Assembly (NCBI GenBank): GCA_025454515.1
Contig: JALOOH010000005.1
Span: 84-64,083 of the forward strand
DNA from: Chloroflexota bacterium
Lineage (GTDB): Bacteria; Chloroflexota; Limnocylindria; Limnocylindrales; CSP1-4
Length of the DNA stretch: 64,000 nt
Direction: 5' to 3'
Shown here: piece after piece, positions 8,674-17,769 of the stretch
Layout: the number at the start of each line of letters is the position of its first letter
How positions within the stretch are numbered: position 1 is the stretch's first letter
The notes under the pieces: generated by a model
What the model saw: only the letters and a program-made list of their open reading frames with translations
The model's database searches: none
Told to the model about the DNA's origin: nothing
Program-made: the position numbers and the translations under genes

Positions 8674-10431
8674 TCAGAACGGCTCGACGGTGTTCCAGTC
8701 GACCGTGGGATCGAGGGCACCCGGCAGCGAGGCCAGGCGCGTCCCCGTGGACACGAGCGGCAGGACGCGTGTGCCTTCACCCGCGCCCGCGTCGTACAGG
8801 GCCACGACGTCGGACCGGCCGTCCCCGTTCACGTCGGAGACGGTGAGCTTCGCGACGCCGAGCCGGAACCCCGTCGCGGTCGATCGGAAGACCTTCGGAT
8901 CGAACCCCTCGCCGTCCGACAGCAGGGCGGTCGCGACGACGCCGGTCGCCCCGTTCGCCGTCATGAGCAGGAGGTCCTCCCGGCCGTCCCGGTTCCAGTC
9001 GCCGGCGAGCTCGCGGGTCGTCCCGTCGCCCATGACGGCCCCGTCGCTCCACAGGTGCGGGTCCGAGAACACGCCTCCTCCGCGGCCCATGAGGACGTCC
9101 ACGCTGAAGGCGCGGGCTCCGTCGGAGGTGCCGGCGCTCCCGTCGGCCGTGACGAGGGCCAGGTCCACGCGGCCGTCGCCGTCGAAGTCGCCCGCGCGCA
9201 CGGCCTCGAGCGCGCCCGCATGGGGCCCGGCCCACCATCGATCGGGTCGCGCGAACGACGACCCGGTGGACGCGAGGACGTCGATCGCGAGGTCGCCGGT
9301 GGCCGGATCGTCCGACGCGAGGGCGACGTCGGCCCGGCCATCCCCCGTGAAGTCGGCGACGACCATCGCCGACGGGCCGAAGCCGGCCGCGTCCGCCGCG
9401 ACGGCGCCCGGCGTCCACCACGTGACCGGGGGCTGCAGCACCGTCTGCGTGGACGCCGCGTACATCGCGCTCGTGATCTCGGCCGGGTCCTCGGGGAGGC
9501 CCGCGCTGCTCATGCCGCCGTCCATGACGCGCGACACGGCGACCTCGCTGCCGCCGCCGGGTGCGCGGCGGGTGTACACGAGGTCCGTCCGCCCGTCGCC
9601 GTCCACGTCGCCCGTCCCCCGCAGCGAGGGGGACGCGACGTCGAGCATCACGGGCCATCCCTCGCCGGTCGAGGTCGCGCCGTCGTCCGCCGTCCGCAGT
9701 GTCGCGCCGCCGTAGATGCGGGCGGTGACGGTGCCGTCGGGCGCGGTGACGAGGGCGGGCACGTCCCCGTACCCGTCGCCGTCGAGGTCGTTGACGCCCA
9801 TGCGGACGATCGAGATGCTCTCGCCGTAGTAGATCCGCAGGATCTCCTCGGCCGTCTTCCCCTCGCGGGCGCACCGCGCGGCGCTCTTCTGCATGAGCCG
9901 CACGCCGTTCGCGTTCACCCCGCACGCCACGTCCGAGCCGGCCCAGTAGCCGGTGGAGACGAACCGGCCGCCGCGGCGGATCGAGAGCGACCACGTCCGC
10001 GCGACCGCGCCGATGTGGGACTGCGCCGGCGTCTTGGAGAGCGGCAGGTACCACTGGTCGTTGCCGTTGTCCACGATGTCGTAGCAGGCGCCGCCGCTGG
10101 AGCCGCCGCGCCAGTTCATCGCGCGGTACCAGGCGTACTGCTTGACCGCGACCGCGCCGGCCTCCATGGCAGCGGCGGGCGCGCCCGCCCCGAACTCGGC
10201 GGCCATGACCAGCTCGACGTACGGGCGGAACGGCACCTCCTGGACCCGGCCTGCGTCGGGTCCGAGGGTGCGAAGAACGCGGATCGTATCGGGGGGGATG
10301 GATTCGCTCGTCCAACCGGTGCAGACGGAACGGGCGAGGGTCGGGGCTGGGACGAGCACCGAGCCGGTCGCGAATACGACTCCGGAGAGCGTCACCGCGA
10401 CGACCATCCCCGCCGCCAGGCGGCGGAGCAT
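8674..10431 (-). CDS. secreted SpoIID/LytB-domain protein fused to FG-GAP/integrin-alpha-like Ca-binding repeats
   Basis: Signal peptide MLRRLAAGMVVAVTLSGVVFATGS. SpoIID-like block FRPYVELVMAAEFGAGAPAAAMEAGAVAVKQYAWYRA. Seven or more DxDGDG(R/Y)xD repeats (DLDGDGYGD, DVDGDGRTDLV, DFTGDGRADVAL, DFDGDGRVDLAL, DWNRDGREDLLL, DVNGDGRSDVVAL). Confidence 0.75.
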   Translation of the reverse strand: MLRRLAAGMVVAVTLSGVVFATGSVLVPAPTLARSVCTGWTSESIPPDTIRVLRTLGPDAGRVQEVPFRPYVELVMAAEFGAGAPAAAMEAGAVAVKQYAWYRAMNWRGGSSGGACYDIVDNGNDQWYLPLSKTPAQSHIGAVARTWSLSIRRGGRFVSTGYWAGSDVACGVNANGVRLMQKSAARCAREGKTAEEILRIYYGESISIVRMGVNDLDGDGYGDVPALVTAPDGTVTARIYGGATLRTADDGATSTGEGWPVMLDVASPSLRGTGDVDGDGRTDLVYTRRAPGGGSEVAVSRVMDGGMSSAGLPEDPAEITSAMYAASTQTVLQPPVTWWTPGAVAADAAGFGPSAMVVADFTGDGRADVALASDDPATGDLAIDVLASTGSSFARPDRWWAGPHAGALEAVRAGDFDGDGRVDLALVTADGSAGTSDGARAFSVDVLMGRGGGVFSDPHLWSDGAVMGDGTTRELAGDWNRDGREDLLLMTANGATGVVATALLSDGEGFDPKVFRSTATGFRLGVAKLTVSDVNGDGRSDVVALYDAGAGEGTRVLPLVSTGTRLASLPGALDPTVDWNTVEPF

Positions 10432-10842
10432 GGGTGAACGTTACACGGCGGTGGTGCGTTCTGTCCACCGTGCCGGACGTGTCGGGCGCCTTCGCCACAC
10501 ATCGATCGCGAGCGAACCGAGGGGCTCCCCCAGGGCGCGTAGCCGGGCGCCCGGTGGGCCCGGGCGCGACTGTCGCGTCCTCCCACGGGCGGAGGGCGAG
10601 CCGAGGGAGACCGGGGCCGGGCTCCGTGTCGGCCATTTCCGGGACTCCCCGGCGTCCGTCCGATCCGTCGGCTCGGCGGGCCGTGGAGCGTCGGGCTCGG
10701 CGCGGCGTGGACGAGGTGTCGCGGCAGCCGCCGCGCGAGCGGCGGGCGGGGGCGGGCTGGATCGTTCGGCGGCAGCGGTGGGCGGACGGCGGCGGTCGGC
10801 GGCAGCGGCGGGCCGTCGGCGGCGTGGTCCGCCCCGTCGTCA

Positions 10843-11121
10843 GCACGTGATCTTCGCCACGTGAAAGGAACCGGCGCCGATCTTCGCCACGTGAAAGGAA
10901 CAGGCCCCCCGCCTTCGCTGGGTGCGCGTGCACGGCATGCCCGGGCGCCTGTCCCGACCGCGGATCGTCCGGTCCACGGTCGGCGGGGCGGTCCCGAGTG
11001 GGTCCTCTTCACGTGGTGCACAGGATCGGCATGCGGCGCGCGGCGCCGTGGTGGGCGACGTCGGTTGCTTGCACCTGGTGAAGACGCGCTGCCACGGGCC
11101 GCCCCCACGTGCACCCGCTGA
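10843..11121. promoter_or_regulatory. cluster of five CACGTG palindromes, including two tandem 24-nt direct repeats, in an ~800-bp non-coding island
   Basis: gatcttcgccacgtgaaaggaac occurs twice about 30 nt apart (10848-10871 and 10878-10901). Further CACGTG sites lie near 10846, 11010 and 11116. No credible ORF on either strand between 10432 and 11227. Confidence 0.4.
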
Positions 11122-11130
11122 CGAAGGAGC

Positions 11131-11162
11131 CCGCGCGACGCACGTCGCGCGGGCTCCGTTGA
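11131..11162 (-). terminator. perfect 15-bp stem hairpin, likely terminator of the 11228-11695 gene
   Basis: ggagcccgcgcgacg-ca-cgtcgcgcgggctcc lies 65 nt downstream of the minus-strand stop at 11228. Confidence 0.6.
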
Positions 11163-11227
11163 TGGCACGGGAGGGCGGTCGCGATCGGCCCGTCCCGCCC
11201 CCCACTGACGCGGCCGTCAGGCGGCCG

Positions 11228-11695
11228 TCACGGGTTCGCCTGGGCCGGGAGCGGTGTCGGCCGCGGCCTCGGCACGACCACCAGGTCCGCGACGGGCGTG
11301 CCGCCCGTGAGGTCGCTGATGACGAGCACCTTGTCGCCCACCGCGAGCTTGGAGACGTCGCTCTTCACGCCGTTCTTCCGGACCCTCGTCTGGGCGTCGG
11401 TGCCGACGGTCTGGTTCCCGCCGGGCTCGGCGATGGTGATGGTGCCGCCCCCGACGGCCGCGATCGTGCCGCGGTCGATCTGAAGCGTCACCAGCGTCCC
11501 GTCCGGCCGCTGGACGACCACCGTGCCGTGGACGATGTGGCGGGCGAGCTTCTCGATCGCGCCGGCCTTCGCGGCCTTGACGGCCTTGGTCGGTGCCGGC
11601 TGGGCCGCGGTGGCGGTCCCCGCCGCGACGATGCCGAGGGTGAGCAGCGCCGCGACGACGAGTGCGATGCGGCCGCCGTGCCTGTGCATGTGCAT
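11228..11695 (-). CDS. small secreted protein of unknown function
   Basis: MHMHRHGGRIALVVAALLTLGIVAAGTATAAQP... is a signal peptide. The mature part is a non-repetitive beta-rich sequence (TVVVQRPDGTLVTLQIDRGTIAAVGGGTITIAEPGG...). RBS gggagg. The second ATG may be the real start. Confidence 0.65.
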   Translation of the reverse strand: MHMHRHGGRIALVVAALLTLGIVAAGTATAAQPAPTKAVKAAKAGAIEKLARHIVHGTVVVQRPDGTLVTLQIDRGTIAAVGGGTITIAEPGGNQTVGTDAQTRVRKNGVKSDVSKLAVGDKVLVISDLTGGTPVADLVVVPRPRPTPLPAQANP

Positions 11696-11846
11696 GCCTC
11701 CCGTGGAGCTCCCGCGAGGGGAGCGGGACCGGCTTCGTGCCGGCCCGACGCCCTCGACGGTGCGGCCGGCCGGTCAGGTGCGCGGGCGGCCCGCGTAAGG
11801 GGCGCGTAAGCGACCGCGCAGCCGCTCGCCGTGACGAGGTGCCGGA

Positions 11847-12299
11847 TCAGGCGCCCCCCGACGCGCCGCCGGAGCCCCCCGACGCGTCCCCCGCGCCGCC
11901 GGAGCCCCCCGACGCGTCCCCCGCGTCCCCCGCGCCGCCGGCGCCGCCGGCGTCGTCCGTGCCCGCGGCCACGCCTGCCTCGTCGTCGGCCGGCTGGTCC
12001 GGCACGGCCGTCGCGCGCCCGTCGACGATGCGCGGCGACCGCCCGCGGCCGAGTCGCGCGACGGTCCGGGCGACGGCCTCCGGCGCCCCGATGAAGGGGA
12101 GGACGTACAGGACGAGGAGTGCCGGGATGACCGCCCGGGTCCCCGCGCGGAAGAGGACGGCGACGACGGCGAGCGCCACCAGGACGGCCAGGTACACGGC
12201 GAGCGGCGCGGGGCGCCAGCCGGCGAGGTAGAGGCGGCGCGTGGGGACCAGCGCGAGTGCGAACGCGACGAGCGCGACGCCGAGGACTGCCCAGGTCAC
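11847..12299 (-). CDS. small membrane protein with C-terminal Gly/Ala/Asp/Ser repeat tail
   Basis: GTG start. Three hydrophobic helices (VTWAVLGVALVAFALALV, LAVYLAVLVALAVVAVLF, VIPALLVLYVLPFIGAP). The tail (GGAGDASGGSGG)x is encoded by 30-bp tandem repeats. The opposite-strand Pro/Arg-rich ORF was rejected. Confidence 0.45.
   Translation of the reverse strand: MTWAVLGVALVAFALALVPTRRLYLAGWRPAPLAVYLAVLVALAVVAVLFRAGTRAVIPALLVLYVLPFIGAPEAVARTVARLGRGRSPRIVDGRATAVPDQPADDEAGVAAGTDDAGGAGGAGDAGDASGGSGGAGDASGGSGGASGGA
11850..11950. repeat. ~30-bp tandem repeat (about 3 copies) inside the 3' end of the 11847-12299 gene
   Basis: gacgcgtcccccgcgccgccggagcccccc is repeated head-to-tail. Confidence 0.6.
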
Positions 12300-12404
12300 G
12301 GGCGGATGATACGCGCCGCCCGCGCGCCGCCCGGTCCTCCCGGGGACGGGGAGCGGCCCTCGGGCCTCCGGGTCGCGGTACGATGGGGACTCCCCCGCAC
12401 GTGG

Positions 12405-13829
12405 ATGCCCATGACGTCGCCCATCGCGAGCCGCGGCCGGGTCGGGTCGTTCCTCGACCGCTGGCGGCCCATCCTCCCGCTCCTCGGCGCCGAGGCGATC
12501 ATCTGGATCGGGTTCGGCGCCATCGTCCCGATCCTCCCGCTCTACATGAGCGACAACGGGGTGGATCCCGTCACGCTTGGCCTCATCGTGGCCGCATGGC
12601 CCGCCGCGCGGCTCCTCGCGGAGCCGTTCTTCGGCTGGGTCGCGGATCGGACCGCCCGGATCCCGTTCATGGTCGCCGGGCTGCTCATCGCGTCCGTGAC
12701 GGCCGTCCTCCCGCTCGTCTTCGTCGGTGCGCTGCCGTTCTTCGCAGCCCGGTTCGTCGCCGGCATCGGCGCGGCCATGTACGACCCGGCGGCCCGGGGG
12801 TTCATCGTCGACGCGACGGACGATGCGCGCCACGGCGAGGCGTTCGGCGTCTACGGCGCGGCACAGATGGGCGGCTTCATGGTGGGGCCAGCGATCGGCG
12901 GCATCGGCGCCGCCGTGCTCGGCCTCTGGTTCCCCTTCGTGTTCGCCACCGTCGCAGGGCTCGCGGCGGCGCTCGCGGTGGCGGTCGCGACGCGCGAGCC
13001 GGCGCACACCCACGCACCCCACGGCGTGGAGCTGCCGCCGGCCGACGGCGCGCCCGGTCTCGCGACGCCCCCGCCGATCGTCGGCGACGGCGTCCCCACG
13101 CGGACCGTCTACCTGCCGCCGCGGAGCCTGTGGAACCGGATGCTCGTCGCGGCGATCGTCATCAACTTCGGCGCCTTCTTCTCTTCCGGCATGTACGAGG
13201 TCGTCTGGAGCCTGTTCATGGAAGGGCTCGGCGCGGACCTGGGCCTCATCGGGCTCAGCTTCGCCGTCTTCGGCGTCCCCGTGATCCTCCTGTCGCCCGC
13301 CGCGGGTCGCTGGGTGGATCGTCTCGGAGGTCGTCGATTCATCATCGTCGGCGCGGCCTGTGTCGTGACATCGGCGTTCCTCTATCCGCTGCCGGGAGAC
13401 CCGTACGTGGTGACGGCGATCGTCGTCCTCGAGGCCGTCGGCTTCGCGCTCATGGGCCCGGCGCTGTACGCGGTGGTGAGCTGGGGGTCGCCGGCGGGAC
13501 GCAGCTCCACGGCCCAGGGGGTCTTCGGCGCTGCCGGGACGCTCGGGTTCATCGTCAGCTCCCTCATCGCGGGCGAGCTGTGGACACGGGGGACCGCCGT
13601 GCCGTTCCAGGTCTTCGGTGCCGTCATGCTGGTCACGACACTCCTCGCCCTCGCCATCGGCCGGAGCCGGCTCGACGGGGAGGATCCGAGCCTCATGGTC
13701 CAGATCCCGGTCGATCCCGGCCCGGGCGGCACGCAGGGATCCGCCCTCCTGCCGGCCATCGAACCCGCGGCGGCGGGCTTCCCGACGCCGACATCAGATC
13801 GCGGCGGCCCGCTGAAGGAGATGCGATGA
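12405..13829 (+). CDS. MFS transporter (12 TM)
   Basis: Typical MFS topology and motifs (GWVADRTARIPFMVAGLL, G..VDRLGGRR). Start placed at the ATG at 12405, where the hydrophobic N-terminus begins; the track ORF starts at 12306 in Arg-rich sequence. Confidence 0.85.
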   Translation: MPMTSPIASRGRVGSFLDRWRPILPLLGAEAIIWIGFGAIVPILPLYMSDNGVDPVTLGLIVAAWPAARLLAEPFFGWVADRTARIPFMVAGLLIASVTAVLPLVFVGALPFFAARFVAGIGAAMYDPAARGFIVDATDDARHGEAFGVYGAAQMGGFMVGPAIGGIGAAVLGLWFPFVFATVAGLAAALAVAVATREPAHTHAPHGVELPPADGAPGLATPPPIVGDGVPTRTVYLPPRSLWNRMLVAAIVINFGAFFSSGMYEVVWSLFMEGLGADLGLIGLSFAVFGVPVILLSPAAGRWVDRLGGRRFIIVGAACVVTSAFLYPLPGDPYVVTAIVVLEAVGFALMGPALYAVVSWGSPAGRSSTAQGVFGAAGTLGFIVSSLIAGELWTRGTAVPFQVFGAVMLVTTLLALAIGRSRLDGEDPSLMVQIPVDPGPGGTQGSALLPAIEPAAAGFPTPTSDRGGPLKEMR

Positions 13830-14638
13830 ACGGCAACGCGACCGACGGCTGGCAGGGCGACGTCGAGGCCCTCAGCCCGACCGTGCTCATCGTGGGCGGG
13901 TTCATGTCGTCCCCGCCGATGTACCGGGGTCTTCGGCGCCTCCTTCTCGACCGCGGCGCGCCGGAGGTCGTGGTGGCGCCGATCTGGATGCCCGACTGGA
14001 TGCTCGCGACCGTGCGAGGGCAGGGCGCCGTGGCGACCCGCGCGGCACGCGCGCTGCTCGTCGCGTCCGACGCGTCGGCCACCTCTCCGGCCAGCGGCGG
14101 CGCGCCGGTCCTCGTCGTGGGTCACTCCGCGGGCGGGGTCCTCGCGCGGATCCTCACGTCGCCCGACCCGTTCGCGGGCCGGCGGATGAACGGCTCCGGC
14201 CGCATCGGCGCGATCGCGACGCTCGGCACGCCGCACATGTTCGACGCGCGCGGCCGGCGGGCACAGCGGCAGGGCGAGACGTCGCGGTGGGCGAACGAGC
14301 ACGTTCCCGGCACGTTCTTCGCGCCCCGGACGGGATACCTGTGCGTCTCGTCGCGTGCGGTCATGGGGACGCCAGCGGGGACCGCGAAGGAGCGCCGGAC
14401 GGACGGCTTCTACCGCGGCGTCGTCGCGGCGCCCGAGGGCTCGCCGATCCCGGGCGACGGCGTCGTGCCCCTCGCGGCGGCCCTCCTCCCCGGCGCCGAG
14501 GCGATCGTGCTCGACGATGCGGAGCACGCGAATGTCATCGCCCGCTCCTGGTACGGGGACGCGGATCACGTCGACCTGTGGTGGCCCCGCGCGGTCGAGG
14601 TGTGGCGGGAGGCGCTCCGGGCGCGGGCGGCGCGCTGA
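13826..14638 (+). CDS. alpha/beta-hydrolase (lipase/esterase-like)
   Basis: ATG overlaps the MFS stop (ATGA). Nucleophile elbow VVGHSAGG (GxSxG). Read as the C-terminal segment of track ORF 12257-14638, which is in this frame. Confidence 0.75.
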   Translation: MNGNATDGWQGDVEALSPTVLIVGGFMSSPPMYRGLRRLLLDRGAPEVVVAPIWMPDWMLATVRGQGAVATRAARALLVASDASATSPASGGAPVLVVGHSAGGVLARILTSPDPFAGRRMNGSGRIGAIATLGTPHMFDARGRRAQRQGETSRWANEHVPGTFFAPRTGYLCVSSRAVMGTPAGTAKERRTDGFYRGVVAAPEGSPIPGDGVVPLAAALLPGAEAIVLDDAEHANVIARSWYGDADHVDLWWPRAVEVWREALRARAAR

Positions 14639-14653
14639 GCGCGCGACGGGCCG

Positions 14654-15472
14654 TCAGCGTGCCAGGGACGCCGCAGCCGGACGACGCTCCGGGCGGCCTC
14701 GTGAGCCGCGGGAGATGACGCCGGCGACGACCGCGAGGACGACGAGCGCCGAAGCGGAGGCAACGAGCGGGACGAGCGCGGCCTCCGCCTCCTTGACGAC
14801 GATCCCCGCGTACGCCCAGGCGATGACGAGGCCGTACGCCGGGTCGCGGAAGCGGAGGACCATGACGGACGCGATCCCGAGGCCCACGAGGAGCACCGCC
14901 GACGCGATGACCGGCGGCTCGATGCCGAAGCCGCCGAACCCGAGCGAGGCGAGCGTCGCGGAGACGTTCGCGATCGTCGCGACTGTGATCCAGCCGACGT
15001 AGACGGAGAACGGGACCGCGACGACCCACCGCTCGGCTCCCGTGCGGCGGCTCCCGTCACGGATGCGCGCCTCGATCGCGACGAGCGTCGCCAGGAGAGC
15101 GGCCATGACGGGGGCCGTGAGGAGGAAGGCCTCGCCGTGCCAGAGGAGGATCCAGCCGACGTTCAGCACACCGGTCAGCGCGGGCAGCCAGCCGAGCCGG
15201 CGGAGGAGCGGGTCGGCGCGGCGGCCCGGGAGCGCCTGGTAGACGGTGAAGGCGAGGAGCCCGACGTAGATCGCGCCCCAGATCGAGAACACGTAGCCGG
15301 CGGGGACGACGAGCACCGGGAAGCGGTCGGAGATCTCCCCCGTCGTCAGGCCGTTGATCGGCAGGGCGTTCGCCAGCCCGTTCACGACGACCGTCGCCAC
15401 GAACGCGACGACCGTCGCGACCTGTCGTGCGAGGTCCCGGCCGTCCGCCGGCCGTTCGCTCGGATCGATCAC
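14654..15472 (-). CDS. integral membrane protein, possibly TspO/MBR-related
   Basis: Seven predicted TM helices, Trp-rich (FSIWGAIYVGLLAF, WILLWHGEAF, WAYAG). Family assignment is tentative. Confidence 0.55.
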   Translation of the reverse strand: MIDPSERPADGRDLARQVATVVAFVATVVVNGLANALPINGLTTGEISDRFPVLVVPAGYVFSIWGAIYVGLLAFTVYQALPGRRADPLLRRLGWLPALTGVLNVGWILLWHGEAFLLTAPVMAALLATLVAIEARIRDGSRRTGAERWVVAVPFSVYVGWITVATIANVSATLASLGFGGFGIEPPVIASAVLLVGLGIASVMVLRFRDPAYGLVIAWAYAGIVVKEAEAALVPLVASASALVVLAVVAGVISRGSRGRPERRPAAASLAR

Positions 15473-15577
15473 CGTCGCACCTCCACGCGGTCGTTCGTAC
15501 CGGGGCCGCGGTCGGATCGGGCGTGCGTCCCCGGCCGGGCGTTTGACCGTTCCACCCGCCCGGTCGTACCATTGCGC

Positions 15578-15652
15578 CGCGGGGTGGAGCAGCGGCAGCT
15601 CGTCGGGCTCATAACCCGAAGGTCAAGGGTTCGAATCCCTTCCCCGCAACCA
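15578..15652 (+). tRNA. initiator tRNA-Met (anticodon CAU)
   Basis: cgcggggtggagcagcggcagctcgtcgggctcataacccgaaggtcaagggttcgaatcccttccccgcaacca. C1-A72 mismatch and three consecutive G-C pairs in the anticodon stem (ggg/ccc) are initiator hallmarks. CCA is encoded. Confidence 0.9.
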
Positions 15653-15671
15653 ACATACGCCTCCACCTGAA

Positions 15672-15704
15672 CCCCGGGACCGCCCTCCCGGGGTTCTTCC
15701 TTTG
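15672..15704 (+). terminator. rho-independent terminator after tRNA-fMet
   Basis: ccccggga-ccgccc-tcccgggg hairpin followed by ttcttcctttg, a rare T-rich tract in this GC-rich DNA. Confidence 0.7.
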
Positions 15705-15732
15705 CCCGGCCGCGGGACGGCGTCTCCACGCG

Positions 15733-15766
15733 AGGAGGCCCGGTCCCCTGGGGACCGGGCCTCCTG
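15733..15766. terminator. hairpin terminator downstream of the META-lipoprotein gene
   Basis: aggaggcccggtcccc-tg-gggaccgggcctcct palindrome, 40 nt below the stop at 15805. Confidence 0.5.
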
Positions 15767-15804
15767 GGCGATCCTTGCGACCGGGGGCGGCGTCCGCCCG
15801 CGGC

Positions 15805-17289
15805 CTACTGCTGCGGGAAGAAGGTCGAGACCGCGGTCATGATGTACACGAGCGCGGACTCCGCCTCGAGCGCCGGGTCGTCCGTCGGCCCGGTCGCCCA
15901 GATGACGACCGTGCCGGCGATCCCGACGTCGGCGAAGCACTGGAAGGCGGCTTCGCCGACCGGGAAGCCGGAGGCCTCGGTCAGGGCGGTCCCGCCGATG
16001 CACGTGAGGTTGACGCCGTTGACCTCGGCCTGCTGGCCCTCGGTCACGTCCCAGTTCGTGCGGTCCCAGGCTGCCGCGACCATGTCGTCATACGGTGTGG
16101 CGACGACATCGGCCATCACCGCCGCGTCGAGCGTGGTCGGGTCGCTCGGGACCGTGATCGGGGTGGGGTTGAAGTACCGGCACGCGAGGTCGGCCGGCTC
16201 GTCGAGCGTGTACCACGACGCCGGATAGACGATCTCCGCGACCTTCGGGCCGTCCGTGACCACGAGGTCGCAGGACGCCGTGGGCGGGAGGGTCGGCGGG
16301 ATGCTCGGCGGCGGCGTGGGGGCCACCGTCGGGCTCGGCGACGGCGTGGGTGTCGGGGTGGGGCTCGGCGTCGGCGACGGCGTCGGCGACGGGGTGGGAG
16401 TGGGGGATGGCGTCGGGCTCGGAGTGGGGCTCGGCGTCGGCGACGGCGTCGGGCTCGGCATCTCCGTGGGGACCGGTGCGATCGACGCGCCGGGCGTCGG
16501 GAACGCCCCGCTCCCGCCGTCGCTCTTCGGCCGCGTGAGGGCGACCTTCAAGGTGCCGTTCTCGTCGGTCAGGTTCAGGCTCAGGCCGCGGGACTCGACC
16601 CGCGACGCGCCCTGCAGCGCGGCGAGGAAGGCCTGCTCCTGGTCCATCACCGCCTGCTCGCATGCCATCCGCGTGGTGGTGAGCGGGCCGATCTGGACGA
16701 CGCTGCCGTTCGTCCCGTACGTGCCCCTGAAGGTGTTGCACCCGGAATCGCCGCCCACCGAGGTGATCGCGAAGGCGACGGTCAGGGGGGTGCCCTCGAT
16801 CGGCGCGGTGATGGTGCCGGGCGACGTCTCGAACGAGTCGACATCCCAGCGGCCGAGCAGCGGGTTGCGCGGCGCCGCGTCGTAGCCGAGGATCGGCTTG
16901 CCGTCGGCGTCGAAGACCGTCAGCGTGTTGTTGCGGACCGTGTAGAACCGACTCTCCTGGAGCAGCGTCAGGTACGCCTGCTCGAAGGCGTTCGTCGTCT
17001 CATCGCAGGCCATCATCGTGACCGTCGGCTGCGACACGAGGAGGGTCCGACCGCCGGCCTGGTAGAGCGCGTCGTACTGGTTGCAGCCGGATGTGCCGCT
17101 CACGCGGTCCGAGCCGAAGCGGGCGTCGGCGAACACGTTCGTCGGGACGAGCGTCATGAGCCCGCCCTGGTCGAACGACCGGACGACCCACTGGGTCCCC
17201 TCGAGCTGCCCGCCCGCGCCCGGCCCCGTCGAGCACGCAGCGACGACGAGCACGAGCGCGGCGAGCGCCGCGATCCGCCGGGTGATCAT
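15805..17289 (-). CDS. lipoprotein with two tandem META (HslJ-like, DUF306) domains, a Pro/Thr/Ser linker and a C-terminal domain
   Basis: RBS ggagga, then [22 protein letters not shown] is a lipobox. [11 protein letters not shown]...[11 protein letters not shown] and [10 protein letters not shown]...[11 protein letters not shown] are two META-domain signatures. Then (SPTP)n. The C-terminal ~170 aa contains conserved Cys residues. Confidence 0.75.
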   Translation of the reverse strand: MITRRIAALAALVLVVAACSTGPGAGGQLEGTQWVVRSFDQGGLMTLVPTNVFADARFGSDRVSGTSGCNQYDALYQAGGRTLLVSQPTVTMMACDETTNAFEQAYLTLLQESRFYTVRNNTLTVFDADGKPILGYDAAPRNPLLGRWDVDSFETSPGTITAPIEGTPLTVAFAITSVGGDSGCNTFRGTYGTNGSVVQIGPLTTTRMACEQAVMDQEQAFLAALQGASRVESRGLSLNLTDENGTLKVALTRPKSDGGSGAFPTPGASIAPVPTEMPSPTPSPTPSPTPSPTPSPTPTPSPTPSPTPSPTPTPTPSPSPTVAPTPPPSIPPTLPPTASCDLVVTDGPKVAEIVYPASWYTLDEPADLACRYFNPTPITVPSDPTTLDAAVMADVVATPYDDMVAAAWDRTNWDVTEGQQAEVNGVNLTCIGGTALTEASGFPVGEAAFQCFADVGIAGTVVIWATGPTDDPALEAESALVYIMTAVSTFFPQQ

Positions 17290-17308
17290 GTCGATCCTCC
17301 CCGCGGTC

Positions 17309-17578
17309 CTACTGCGACTTCGACGCGACGTAGAGCGCGAAGAGCCGGAGGAAGTACCCGAAGCCCGCGAGCACGAACGCGATGAAGATCGGGATCCCGA
17401 TCGCGCTCGCCGAGATCGCGAACGCCTCGATGATGTTGAAGGCCTCGCGCTGGGCGAGGTCGATCCACCAGATGACGCCCGCGAGCAGGGCATAGATGAC
17501 GAACACCCACCCGATCACGATGAAGAACGTGCCGATGCTCGCGAGCCGTCGGGCGTCCTTCAGGACCTGCTCCACCAT
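17309..17578 (-). CDS. small 2-TM membrane protein (about 90 aa)
   Basis: RBS ggagga, then [41 protein letters not shown]...[21 protein letters not shown]. Confidence 0.5.
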   Translation of the reverse strand: MVEQVLKDARRLASIGTFFIVIGWVFVIYALLAGVIWWIDLAQREAFNIIEAFAISASAIGIPIFIAFVLAGFGYFLRLFALYVASKSQ

Positions 17579-17769
17579 CGTCTCTCTCCTCCGTTGTCCC
17601 GCCGCACGGCGGGGCGCGGGGACGCATGGACATGCTTCCCTGGCGCCAGTGTGAAGCATCGTGCGCCTCGCGCATCGCCCGGAACGCACGAGACCGGCCC
17701 CGGCAGCACGGCGGCCGATGGTAGAGTCGGCTGCGGGCTGCGCAGCGCGGCCGGGACGAGGGCGGGACG

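Noticed and set aside
10861-11121. 86-aa ORF spanning the tandem 24-nt repeats (MKGTGADLRHVKGTG...)
   Set aside because: Its repetitive start is simply the translated direct repeat. The remainder is Arg-rich with no RBS. Treated as non-coding regulatory DNA.
11850-11950. Possible CRISPR array (short direct repeats here and at 26616-26670 and 10848-10901)
   Set aside because: There are only 2-3 copies, contiguous with no spacers of uniform length, inside coding regions or an operator-like site. No cas genes are present.
11662-12231. Pro-rich plus-strand ORF (PPEPPDASPAPPEPPDASP) opposite the small membrane protein gene
   Set aside because: It is the antisense translation of the 30-bp tandem repeat and otherwise Arg-rich. 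The minus-strand frame has three convincing TM helices.
14654-15472. Confident TspO/MBR assignment
   Set aside because: The protein is about 100 aa longer than TspO and only loosely matches the Trp-rich pattern. Listed as a membrane protein with a tentative family note.
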